This document shows positions 26,151 through 38,115 of a stretch of 64,000 nucleotides of DNA, piece by piece; the stretch's first letter is position 1, and every line of letters starts with the position of its first letter. The DNA comes from Octopus sinensis (taxonomy: Eukaryota), in contig NC_043013.1 in NCBI RefSeq assembly GCF_006345805.1, forward strand, positions 36,828,001 to 36,892,000. Direction: 5' to 3'. Below the pieces are notes generated by a model that was given only the letters and a program-made list of their open reading frames with translations, searched no databases and had not been told where the DNA came from. Position numbers and translations under genes: made by a program.

Positions 26151-29100
26151 CACAGAACTGCATCGATGCTTCCTTCATTGGGTCATGGCGTTGAATAAGT
26201 GTCTGTGTGTGACAGTTTGATTTTCTGAACGAGTTTCTAACCCTATCTGGTCATGCACTGGAAGGATTTTCACTCTGTATTAATCAAACTGCTCTTCCTG
26301 TCTCATCCACTTATCCAAAAGTTCTCTTTCCAAAGTTTTTTTTTTCCTTTCTATGTGTGTGTGTGTGTGTGTAGATATGGAATTAATCTCATTACACATT
26401 GACATCTAGCCTTTATTAGTATCTCTATATGTCACCATGTATGTGTGAGTGCACACTCGCACATTAAAAGGTGAACAATTGAGAGAAAGAAGCTCTTAAC
26501 ACATTTAGTGTTGAAGATGTTATTGATGGTGCATTTTTATATTTTATCCATTCTTCTCAGGCTCTCTTTATGTGAGTGTGTGTGTGTAACACACACATAC
26601 ACAAACATCCATGCATAAAAGTACATGTTGTATAGGACCAATATGGGTATGTGCTTATATCAGGATCTTCACAAGTAGTAGTAGTAGTAGTAATTAATAT
26701 TTTTGTTGTAGTAGTATCTTCTACAAATTGCTAATACTAACACACTAACACTAGCTACTAGTTTCTAGTAAATTACCGTCTCCTCTGTCTGTCCGCCTGT
26801 CTCTACCCCTTTCCCTTTGCCTCTCACTCCTCCTCCCTGACCCACTGGGGAAGCTTCTATTTAATTAGATCCGTTTATGTCTATGTGTGAAAGGGAGAGA
26901 TGACTTATGGACCCTTTTACCTTGGCCTAACTTTGACCCCTTAAACTCCATCAACTAAAATTTCCACACCTGGTTAATGTTTGTTAATTGTAATCTATCT
27001 ATCTATCAACATTGTGTGTGTGTGTTTTTGTATAAATAAATGAGAGATTTAAGATGTAGCTTCAGAGCATTGTGTGGCTTTCACAGTAAGCTCCTCTTAC
27101 AGGACTCAGCTGTCAGTCCACAAAGTAGTGATACATCAAGTGTCCATGTAACAGAAAATCCAGGAAATTCAAGCCATAAAATTATTCTGTGAGGAACATG
27201 GACAACATATGTTAAATGATGATGTATGTGTGTGTGTTAGTGGTCAAGTAAGCCACACATACAGAGGAGTTTTCCTTCCACCTTTTCACAAAGCCATGAT
27301 ACGAGATAGTGGTAAGGAGTCATATCTGATCTGGGAGATTCCTGTAACACAATCTTGTTGCTAAGCCATCACATGATGCTGTAATATAGATTTACTTCAC
27401 TGTGTCCAGTGTAATGAGCCCTTGATTTTTCTTTTTATGCTTTTTTTTTTCCTACTTAATTCATTCAAAACATTGACCAAACCCTTATATAGTTTACACT
27501 GATGTTTGAAATAGTTAACTATGTACTCCCGATTTATTCCCTTCAATCTCAGTTCACTGATCAGATTTATGTTCAAAGATATTCAATCCTAACAATCACA
27601 TTTAAAAAAAAAATAGATATAGTATATCTAGAACTCCTTTATTCAGTACTTCATTCTTAGTATGTTTTTATCTGAGGGAGGATTGGTTGCTATCTCTAGC
27701 AGCTCAAAGCAGCCACAGCTTCTTTATTGTTTTGGACATGTCTTGAAATTTTAGAGGAACCTTATCAATTATCCTCCTGATGGTTGAATTACTAATCTGT
27801 TTATAACCCGCAATGTTTCTTTAAGTATATTCTTATCAAGCGGTTTTACAATTTTAAAAACAAAAGTACCTCAATCCATAATATCACAGTTTGTGGCTTT
27901 ATAGAATTTGTTTACTGTTGTTTTGGAATGTTTGAAATTGTAGTTTGATTTATATCAGTGTCTCAAAAACTAATGAGTTAGTAATATAAATTTGACTTTC
28001 TGTGTGGTGTCTCTTGTGCATTAGTCAGAAAACCCTTAAAAATATGGATGGGAGTAGGGATCAGCATAATGTTGAGGGAGCATGGTGTAGTTCATGTCCC
28101 TAATCCTTGTCATAAACAAGGTTCGTTTTGTTTGAGGTGAAGGCATATGTATATTTCTGCTTCTTTCTCACTTGTTAGTTTAGTTAGCAAAGTTCATTGA
28201 TTCACTGCTCCTCCTGTGGTGTTCCTGCTACTGTCCTCTCTTGTTTGTGTTCAATTTTAATCAGGATTTGAACAAAACAAAACCTTAAAAAATCTGATGT
28301 AGAGATGGGGGGGGGGACAAGAGGGTGGGAAAAAAAGGCCAGTCAGAAATACAGAAATACAGAAAGGGAAAAGAAAAATAATAAATAAGCATTCCTTCAC
28401 CAACCATGGATAAATTCAAAAACCTTTTTTTTTTCTATTGTGTGTGCCTATGCATGTGTGTGTGTGTAGCTAGTTGGTGATGATTCTCTTGTTTATTGAT
28501 AGCTGGTGGCAGTAGTGGGTAGTGGCTACACACATCTGCTCCTGCTAACAAGGGGTGGGCCATTCAGCTTTATTACCCCACCTCACCTGAGATCTACAAA
28601 ACCCACTACCAGCACCGCCGCCGACGCCACCACCACCACCACTAGCACCAATACTACTACCATCACTATCAACATCCCCCTCCCCACCATGGTGACCACC
28701 TTGTCACACCACTTACCTGCTCATTAATTGGATGCAATGTGGTTTAGGGGTGAGTGAGAGAAGGATATTGGTGGAGCAGGGCAGAATCTAGTGTTCCTTT
28801 GCTGAGTGGCAAGGCTTGTGAAAGGAGGAGGGTGAAGAAGAGGAGGAGGAGGAGGAAGAGGTAGTTGTGTGGTTCACATATGAAGAAGTGGCACATTGTA
28901 GAAATGAAATAAAAAGAAGCTAAAATAAGATACACACACACACACACACACAAAATAGAAAACAACAAAAGAAATTGTGAAATGTTTTTGTTGTATTTTC
29001 TCTCTGACCTCTTGCCTTCACTCTTTACCTATTTCTTTTATATTCTCTCTTTCTCTCTCCCTCTCTTCTCATTCCACTTCTTTTTTTTTACTCTCACTTT

Positions 29101-29179
29101 ACCCTTTCTCTCTGTTACCCTTTTTCTCTCACATATTTCCACTCTCTTTCATTCCTCTCTCACTTCCATAATCTTGTTC

Positions 29180-29224
<45 letters not shown>

Positions 29225-29699
29225 CTCTCTCCTCTCTCTCTCTCTCCCTATAGCAGTTCTGTTCAGCTCCATATTCTACTGGACAAAGGTGAAAAGAGAC
29301 TAAAAGAAGCATTAAAGTAGGGGTGTGAAAGAGAAAGAGAGAGAGATTGCTGTGGTCATCATTGAGTGGATGGGAGAAAGATATTTATGACTAAGTTGAG
29401 AGATAGCTACCTTTACTTTAACTATCAAATTTTCAGGCTCTGTATGTATACATATGCCTAAAAGGTTCCTAGACTACAGTTGTCCCTAAAGGGTTGCAGT
29501 GACATCCCTGAATATAACTCTGAAGCTGGTTGGGCCAGAGGAATGTACAAATTATTAAAAATAATGAATGTTACATTTTGTCCCAATTCCATATAGAAAG
29601 TGAAGTGCTGACCAACACTGAAATTTGGCCTACCTCATACATGTATGTGTATACACACATATAGATATTCATATATATATATATATTCACCATGATAGA

Positions 29700-29880
29700 T
29701 TGCTAGCCACCAAACCTTTATATTTTCACTCCCTATTTCTGTTTTCCTTTCTGTCGAAGAGTATAGGCTCGAAACATAAAAGTCTTTTTCGCATCCCGAG
29801 CATTAAACTGATACATCTATTTGTTATTTACACACCCGTTTTCATCTTTTTGTTGTTGTTTTTTTGTAAATTCTCACTAC
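29700..29880 (+). mobile_element. Penelope-like terminal repeat fragment with decayed hammerhead-like core
   Basis: TCGAAGAG-TATAGG-CTC-GAAAC at 29754-29775. Confidence 0.4.
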
Positions 29881-29887
29881 ATATATG

Positions 29888-29925
<38 letters not shown>

Positions 29926-30805
29926 TATATTTGTACAAACATATACACAGACAGATAGATGGGTAGATAGATGTTTAAAATTCTTGAGGGTCACATCAAA
30001 ATGTATTTGAGAGAACGGATGAGGTAACAGAAGTTTCCATCTTCAAATTGTGAGACTGCAAACCTTAATTGATAACGAAGGAATGTGTAGAGGGAGGGAT
30101 GTTTCAAACAGGTGAGGACAAGTTTGAATGAGGTGAAAAATATTTTAAGATTTTCTTTCTACCTGTTTAATTGAAATATTGACGTATTTAAGATCTTGCC
30201 CATCCCTGTCCTAAATTACAATTTAACACTCTGTCATCTCACTTTACTATTCATTTATTTGTTACGTAGAGGCTAAGACATTTAAATATAAACGAAACAC
30301 ACACACACACACATGCTAGAGATGTTTTTAAATTTTTGAGCTTAAGGTAATTAATAATATAACAGCAGAAATGGATACTTCTATTTTTATTTCATAGTCA
30401 GGCTCGAAAAATATCACCCCACCCCATAGTCAGAGAGGGCTCAAGTTCACTGAAAATCATTCTTTCTGCATCTCTTTGCAAAATATAATTATTATACAAC
30501 ATTCACTTTAATAATGAATTTTTCACAAATTAGCTAATAGTGGATCCTTTATTTTGATAATTGAGAGACTCATAAGTGTGTGTGTGTGTGTGTGTGGTTT
30601 TCATTCCAAACATGTTGATCTAACTTTAACTGTTGTAGTGTGCATGTATGTACATATGTGTGTCTAGTTTCCTTAGAAACAAATCTAATTCCTATGTTGC
30701 TATGTATAATCTGGATCAGAAAGATAAAAAAAATAAATCATTAGAAAATGCTCATATTTCATTAGACACATACAGGAGCACATTATGTCAGTGTGTGTAC
30801 ATGTA

Positions 30806-30849
<44 letters not shown>

Positions 30850-30855
<6 letters not shown>

Positions 30856-31050
30856 GCTTCATAAGTAAGGCCCTTTTGTATTTGAGTTTTTGAGTTTCCT
30901 CTTTTATGTCCTAAAACTTCTGCGATTATATTATTTGTTTCTTTAAGTAATGCAATGACTTTGTGTTCAATAAGAAAATTACTTAATAAACATTTATATA
31001 CTACAAAAGTTATTAAATGCAAAAAGGTTGTTACTTCTGCCACTCCCTGT
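30850..31050. mobile_element. Possible Tc1/mariner-type MITE inserted in (TA)n
   Basis: Imperfect TIRs AGGGTGCTTCATAAGTAA / TTACTTCTGCCACTCCCTG next to TA repeats. Confidence 0.3.
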
Positions 31051-33802
31051 GTGTATATGTATGTGTGTGTGTGTATTATGACTCTGTTTTCATTTTGATT
31101 TTGCTTCCTTCCTCTGTCCTAGTTAGTTTTTAAATTGCTACTTCTCTTAAACTAGTAAAATCTTTATAATGATAATAATAAGTAGAAAAAACCCATAGTA
31201 ATGCGAGTTTTTATTAGATATACTTAATTGAAGCTTCACTTGTGTATATGTATTCACTAGCCATGCTTTGTTACTCTGCAGAATCACATTCCTCATGTTT
31301 ATAATCAGTCTATCATATTTAGGTATAATAATCATGATGGTATATTAACTTTCTTTATTTTAGTTTAAAACAATTAATACCATAATAAGATTTTTCAGAA
31401 TTTTTTCCTAGATGTAAATCTGAAGATAAGATAGATAGATAGATAAAAAGGGGTAGTAGTGAGACTTGCTTAAGACTTTCACATGTAAGTAGCAGTGAAG
31501 AAGTAACTGGTTTTTAATACAAATATTTGTAGGATAATATGAATAGATGTGACCAACATGTATGTGAGCACATGTGTGTGTGTGTGTGTGTGTGTGTGCA
31601 TATTTTAATGATTATGACAAAAATTACACCTGATTGTCTTAAATAGGAAAAGACATTGGGTAATGAAACCCTAGCTACACTGAACAAAGATGAGATGGTC
31701 ATCATTTTGTGTGTATGTAGAAAGTCTGCTTGGTTAATATTTCATTACATGAAATATGTTGTACACCTATATGCATATAAACATATAACTGACTGTAGAT
31801 TTGCACATGAAATCATGCATGCAGACACACACCTGTCTACTCCTTACACTGTAAAGACATGCTTAATGAGTTTCTTTGAATTACTGAATATTTTTTTTAA
31901 TTGTGTTTCTAAATTTTTATTTTTTGATCCTATTGAATTCTATCATCCTCAAATATGTCTTCTCATGCGGAAATTTTTGAGAATTAAACCCACACCTAAC
32001 ATTATTTAAGTTACATCATTATTATTCCCATTATCATCATCATCATCATCAACATTATGTCTGTATTTATACAGACCCACTCATCATTGTTATTGTTAAT
32101 ATATCATGATTAACAACTTCACTCCCAATAAGGTGAGGGAGCTGCACCTACTAGAAATTAGCTGACATGTTTAAATAAGAGAAGACATTGAATAATGTAG
32201 TCCTAGCTACCCTGAGCAAAGAGGAGATGGTCACAGCTTGAAACTTTTGATCATAGAGCTGACTTAAGCTAACTACAACAATTTCGCTTTCAACCAACTG
32301 CAATGTTGTATACATAAGAGTACCAGAATTCTATAGTCGTTAATACTGTAGAAAATGGTAAGGAATAACTGAGTTCGTTACAGGTTAGAATTTGCTGGTG
32401 GAAATGTAATAGGGAAGGAACTCTTAACGCTTTTAGTTTGCATTTCTTATTATCAGTCAAGTCAGATAATGTATTATATTCAACTATAAACACCACATGA
32501 ATCTAAAATATTATAAATGCAGTACATATTTACAGACTGCTTTCAAGTGAAAACAGACTGCTTTTCAAGTAAAACTGAAACATGTCAGAAGTTGTCACCT
32601 TGTGCACTCTAGTTTTTTGCTGATTGAAATTTCAGTTGTCTCCCTTGTACATTCTGGGAATAATATTCATTAACACTAATGACTTTTCTATTCCTAAAGA
32701 AAATAATACTGAAATTTAGTATGATAACATTAATATCTATATTGTCTATTTTTATAATTGCAAAACTAATATACATTCATTCATTTGCACTGGATTTATT
32801 TATATTTGTGTGTGTGTGCATGAATGAGTGCACACACACACACACACAAAAGCTAATACAAAATGAAGTGATTACCAAGAGGTATTCATTCGTCCCACTG
32901 CTACATTATATTTAACCCTCAGATTTTTTTAGCTCATTTATATCAGTCCTGATAACATTAGTGACAATATTTTAATCACCACCACCACCAATAAACAACT
33001 GCTGTAGAAGAAGCATTGTATGTGAAGGTCTCACACTAACACATAATTTATAGTTCATACATGAAGCATTTGTGCCAAGGACAAGATGGTGATCCGTGTT
33101 TCAGTGGTTTCTGTGTCTACTAAAGAGGGGATGGCTGGATGGTGGTTGGTCGCTCTTTAACACTTTCTTTCCTATGCTCTCTCTCTCGATAAGTCAGGTT
33201 TTTCTTGTTGATGTGATAGTTGTTGGAGGTGGTAAGATCAGGGAGAAATCGCACACACATACATTAACACGTTACATTATACACAATGGAAAGCAATGGT
33301 TAAAAAAAATGTCACAAAATAATTTTAAAACTTCAAAAGAAAAGAAATGGAAATATAATCAGAGGAGACAATAGAGTACGTGTGACAAGCCTGAAGCTTA
33401 TACCACGTGTAAAACAATACCTAACAAAAGCAACACACACCGTGTATTTAATAGCTAACGAGCGATGGGACATGGTATGGTGGTGTGGAAAGCAAGGGGT
33501 GGTTTGAGATAATACAATACCTGTAGGAATTGTTATATAATGGTGACTGACTGACTCTTTTAGAGCTTGTGTTTGTGGGGAGGATATACTTGTGTATACA
33601 CAAATGTGCACTGTTGACCTACACTCACACGTCATGCAGGTGTGTGGTGTGTGTAGATTTCTATCCACATGCATATACAGACACAACCACACACACACAT
33701 ACATGCTTTTACAAACATATGCATGCTTGCTATAATTTGGCTGAACTGGCATGCAGATCAATGGAAGGAAACTAAACTGTATGTTGCTGCTACTAATACT
33801 AA

Positions 33803-34013
33803 CCCTTTCTACTCTAGGCACAAGGCCTGAAATTTTTTTTGGGGGGGGCGGATAAGTGGGTTGCATGAACCCCAGTGCTCAGCTGGTACTTATTTCATCG
33901 AGCCCAAGAAGATGAAAGACAAAGACAACTTCAGCAGAATTTGAACTCAGAATATTGAGATGGATGAAATGCCACTAAGCATTTTCACCAGTGTACTAAT
34001 GACTCTGCCAGCT
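33803..34013 (-). mobile_element. Full-length SINE family A
   Basis: CTTTCTACTCTAGGCACAAGGCC ... CTGGTACTTATTTCATCGA ... GAATTTGAACTCAG ... CTCTGCCAGCT. Confidence 0.85.
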
Positions 34014-34045
34014 AATATTTTTACTACTATCGATAATAATAATAA

Positions 34046-34086
<41 letters not shown>

Positions 34087-34333
34087 TCTTTTATTTGCCA
34101 AAAGGGTTCTGAGTGGGGAAATATTACAAGGACAAATCGAAGGAAAAAAAAAAAGAGCAAGGTTGGGGTTATACAGTTTTCTTGGTTATTTTTTTTCCTT
34201 TTATAAAGCTGTGGATACTTTCTTTGAAAAATTTTATTTATTTTTTTCACTTCATTTATTCATTGAAAAAAAAAAAACAACTTTTAGGTAGCTTGATTTA
34301 GTATATCACACTTGACTGACTCTAAATGGCTTT

Positions 34334-34367
<34 letters not shown>

Positions 34368-34635
34368 CACTACTACTACCACCACTACTACTACTACCAC
34401 CACCACCACCAATACTGCTGCACAACACATAGTCTCAAAATCAAACTGCTACTACCACCTTCACACCCATTACTGTCACTACCGTTTTCAACAGTAGAGT
34501 CATTTACCTGCTCTAGTATTACTGCTACTGCCATTGCCTTGTTGTATTAATATACTAGGAGCACTGCTAAAGCTACTAGGACTGGCATGTCAGCAACTCC
34601 GCCACCACAACCAAAACCGAACAGCTATCACTTGT

Positions 34636-34661
34636 CCCCCACCCCCACCCCCACCCACCCC
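34636..34661 (-). other. G-quadruplex-forming motif
   Basis: Minus strand GGGG-T-GGG-T-GGGGG-T-GGGGG-T-GGGGG: five G-tracts with 1-nt loops. Confidence 0.75.
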
Positions 34662-34910
34662 GTCATTACTGCTTACTAAAATCACCCTCAGCCTATTCCG
34701 GTTGTTACTGCAACCATCATCAACACCACTGTCTGCTCCTTGTGCATTAAAGCACATTACCTTCGGTTGCATCTGTTTATGTCTGTCGGCAGTGCTTTTT
34801 TTTTTTTTTTCAGTGTTTTTAGTTTTCCTTTTTTTTTTTTTTTATTTCTCCCTACCCTCAGTCTATTTATCTATACTGATTTCCCACTTGCACCCCTCTC
34901 TGTCTGTCTG

Positions 34911-34953
<43 letters not shown>

Positions 34954-35037
34954 CTACCTGTTTTACTTCAAATCTCACTGTCATTAGTTTCATAACATGC
35001 GTATGTGTATACATTTGTATTTATAATATGTGTATAT

Positions 35038-35076
<39 letters not shown>

Positions 35077-35160
35077 ACCACTCTACCTTTTACTCTCTGG
35101 TTCACTCATCCCTTCTCTATTTTTACCATCACCACTATTTTTCCCCCACTATCCCTTCCT

Positions 35161-35224
<64 letters not shown>

Positions 35225-35251
35225 CGTATATATATATACATAAACCTTCCA

Positions 35252-35316
<65 letters not shown>

Positions 35317-35591
35317 CACATTAAATATACTAATGCTGTACCTAATGACCAATAACAAATCTGGCTGTCAAAACTCAGGGCCTCAGTTTAAATTTCAATG
35401 TCAAAGAATTCTTTTTTTTTTTCGTTTTTTTTTTTTTTTAAATTTATAACTGCATCATTGGTTGATGTTACTGATGTTATGCTGTGCATGGCACGATGGA
35501 GGCACATTAAAGGTGAGCTTTGCAGAAGACAAGTCAGTCATTGATCTCTGGCTGGAGGGTCTTGGTGTGTTTTTAATTCCATTTCTTACAG

Positions 35592-35621
35592 AAATGGATG
35601 AACAACACACAATCTCAGAAG
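35592..35621 (+). other. Candidate 30-nt exon after a 79-nt canonical intron (35513-35591)
   Basis: AAG|GTGAGC donor and TTCCATTTCTTACAG| acceptor; exon contains AAATGG (MDEQHTISE); its own donor AAG|GTTTCT is weak. Confidence 0.25.
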
Positions 35622-37485
35622 GTTTCTTGCAAATCTTGGGTTTTTCACTTCCTCTTCTTCTTCTTCACCCCTCCCCCTTCCCATTGGGCACAAGGTCTGT
35701 CAAGTCTTATAATTAATACCAAGGAGCACTGTAAGATTTTCGAATTGGCTACTATTCATAACCTTGCATACCCACACACACATGATAAACCTGATAAGTC
35801 TAGGGAGTGGTGGTGTTTGAACTAAGGGACTGTATAGAAGGTTTTTAACAAGAAAGTTTATAGCAAAAAACAAAAAAAAAAAACATCCAGCCATGCAACA
35901 CACTCCAAACCAAGCCATTTTAACTCTCCTGAGATCAGGAGGACCTTGAGGTGAGATATGTTGTGGCTGGGAGGGTGAGGAGTGTGGAGGTAGTTTGCAG
36001 TTGAGGGTGTGGGTGGATAGAGACTTTAGATAAGAAACAGCTTTTCTTAACAATTACAACCGTCTTAGGTCATGTTGTTAGATAAGTGTGTATGGTGTAT
36101 GGTATTGTAAAGTAAGCTGTGTGTGTGTGTGTAATGAAGAGTTGTGGAGGTGTGCTGTTTTATGCTGTTGATACTAGTAAATCAGGGTGTTGTCGATGGG
36201 GCTGGTATTGGTGATTAAAGTGGAGGTTCTAGTAAAGATAGGTTCATAATTGATAGATAGCTGTATCTGTGTGTGTGTGTGTGATTATATACAGTGTGGT
36301 AGAAGCAGCAGTGCAATTATAATCATATCCAATATTGGTGTGTGTGTGAGTGTGTAAGAGAAAGATAAAGCATAGGTGAATGAGGTAGGTAAGGTTATGA
36401 GTAGTTAGGTTATAAGTGAAGGGTGGTGGTGGTGGTGGTGGTGGCGGCGATGCTATGATGGGTGGGCATGAATGTGGAAGTGTAGGGGTTCCTAAGTAAT
36501 CACTGATAATGCTGTCAACAAGCAAGTGTGTTGCTATAGCTATGTCATAATAACAGATTTATTTGGGGATGTGTGTTGAAACAAAAGTTCTGGGTCATAT
36601 TGTGATTGTTTTTATTTTAGTTTCACTGTCTACATTTTTTTATGCTTTTGGTTGTATGTTTTGTATGTTTTCTTTTATTTTTGTAGTAGATCATGTGTGT
36701 GTCCAATTGTATGTACAGGTACACAAATATATACGTGTGTATGAGAGAGAGCAGGTTTTTTGGTACAAACTGCCGCTTATTTATCATTGCATAATTTTTG
36801 GATATATTGCATAATGTACATGATGTTACTGTTGTAATGATATAGTGGATAATTGAATTGCTGGTGTATGACAAACTCATGGGTCACCAGTTCAAAACCA
36901 ATGTAAACCGTTTTGTTGTATCTCAACTCTTTCCTCAATGCATGGCATTTCACCAGGCTGCATCGGTTTGTCCTCTTAGTTGTTAGGAAATGGTAGCAGA
37001 ACTTCTGCATAAGTTCAGATAAACTGGTAGCCTATCTAAGAGGAGATTTGTCTCATCCACTTTGTTAACCTGGAATTAATTTCTGCTGGTTCAAGTGCAG
37101 TCCTGTTTGGGTTTTGAGCTCTTGGTCAATTCTGATTAAGCGAACCTATATTCAAAGAAAGCTATCACAGAATGATTACACTGCATCATCCAGTGTATCC
37201 TTCTGTTTCTGAGACTGTAGAAAGTAATTTTAGGGAGGTTTGGTTGCTATTTCTTGACTGTATATTTTGGGTTAGTATGTATCTGTTTGCACTAGATCAG
37301 ATATGTACTTTTTATGTTGCAGGAAATATAGGTTTATGTGTCTCTACAAAGTACTCTTGAATCATTATTTCATACTGCACTGCATTCACTTTATCTTTTT
37401 TTTGAGTTTTTATAGTCACATCTCTAGCCTGAGGCATGTTAATTAATTAATTCTATATACTTCCATTTACCTTCTTCCCTGTCAG

Positions 37486-37521
37486 AGATAATAATGGAAT
37501 CATTATCTGTATGTGCTGTCA
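37486..37521 (+). other. Candidate 36-nt microexon
   Basis: TTAAT branch-like site, TTCCATTTACCTTCTTCCCTGTCAG| acceptor, CA|GTGAGT donor; length divisible by 3; open as IIMESLSVCAV or DNNGIIICMCC. Confidence 0.45.
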
Positions 37522-37715
37522 GTGAGTTTCTTATCCCTGTTTCAGCTAATCTGTCATTCATTTCAGATCTATATCTTGGCACCAACCATTATAAGTATTT
37601 TGTGTGATCTGTTGAAACTAAAAAGTAAACTATGAATGAGAAATCATTTCTAGGCCACATTGCTGCTGTTGATATTTCAGTTTACAGAATCTATTTCTCT
37701 CTTGGACTCATTTAA

Positions 37716-37911
37716 TCTCTAGACACTATATACTACTTTTCTCTATGTCTCCAGACAATTTATATTTTACTCTTTGTCTTTTTCGGTCTCCAGACAAGCA
37801 GATTGCTCTCATTGTGTGACTGATTCTCTAGACAATCTATATTAGCCTCTTGATATCATTGGATCTCTAGACAAATGGATTGCTTTCTTTATTTCATTCA
37901 GTCTCTAGATT
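37716..37911. repeat. Degenerate ~38-bp tandem array with conserved TCTCYAGACA core
   Basis: Cores at 37716, 37748, 37787, 37825, 37864, 37902; the sixth is TCTCTAGAT. Confidence 0.8.
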
Positions 37912-38051
37912 AGTGTGACCAGGGTCATAATGCAATTTACTTATTTCTTTATTGGTCTCACTCAACATCATTCAGTATATATTTGTTACACTAGCACTGG
38001 GCCAACACAATGTCTTCCTGCAGGAATAGGTAGAAGGATTGGTTGATTAAA

Positions 38052-38115
38052 TCATGTCATGTGACTGATTCTTATCTTATCTTATTCATGTCATGTGACT
38101 GATTCTTATCTTATC
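38052..38115. repeat. Perfect 30-bp direct duplication (period 34)
   Basis: TCATGTCATGTGACTGATTCTTATCTTATC at 38052 and 38086. Confidence 0.9.

Noticed and set aside
27103-27192. Ser-rich frame DSAVSPQSSDTSSVHVTENPGNSSHKIIL* after a CTTACAG acceptor
   Set aside because: No convincing donor before the stop; insufficient support.
36381-36406. let-7-like TGAGGTAG
   Set aside because: The 3' part diverges and there is no complementary arm.
37716-37911. CRISPR-like repeat/spacer geometry
   Set aside because: Eukaryotic context, core only ~10 nt, spacers related to one another, and no cas genes.
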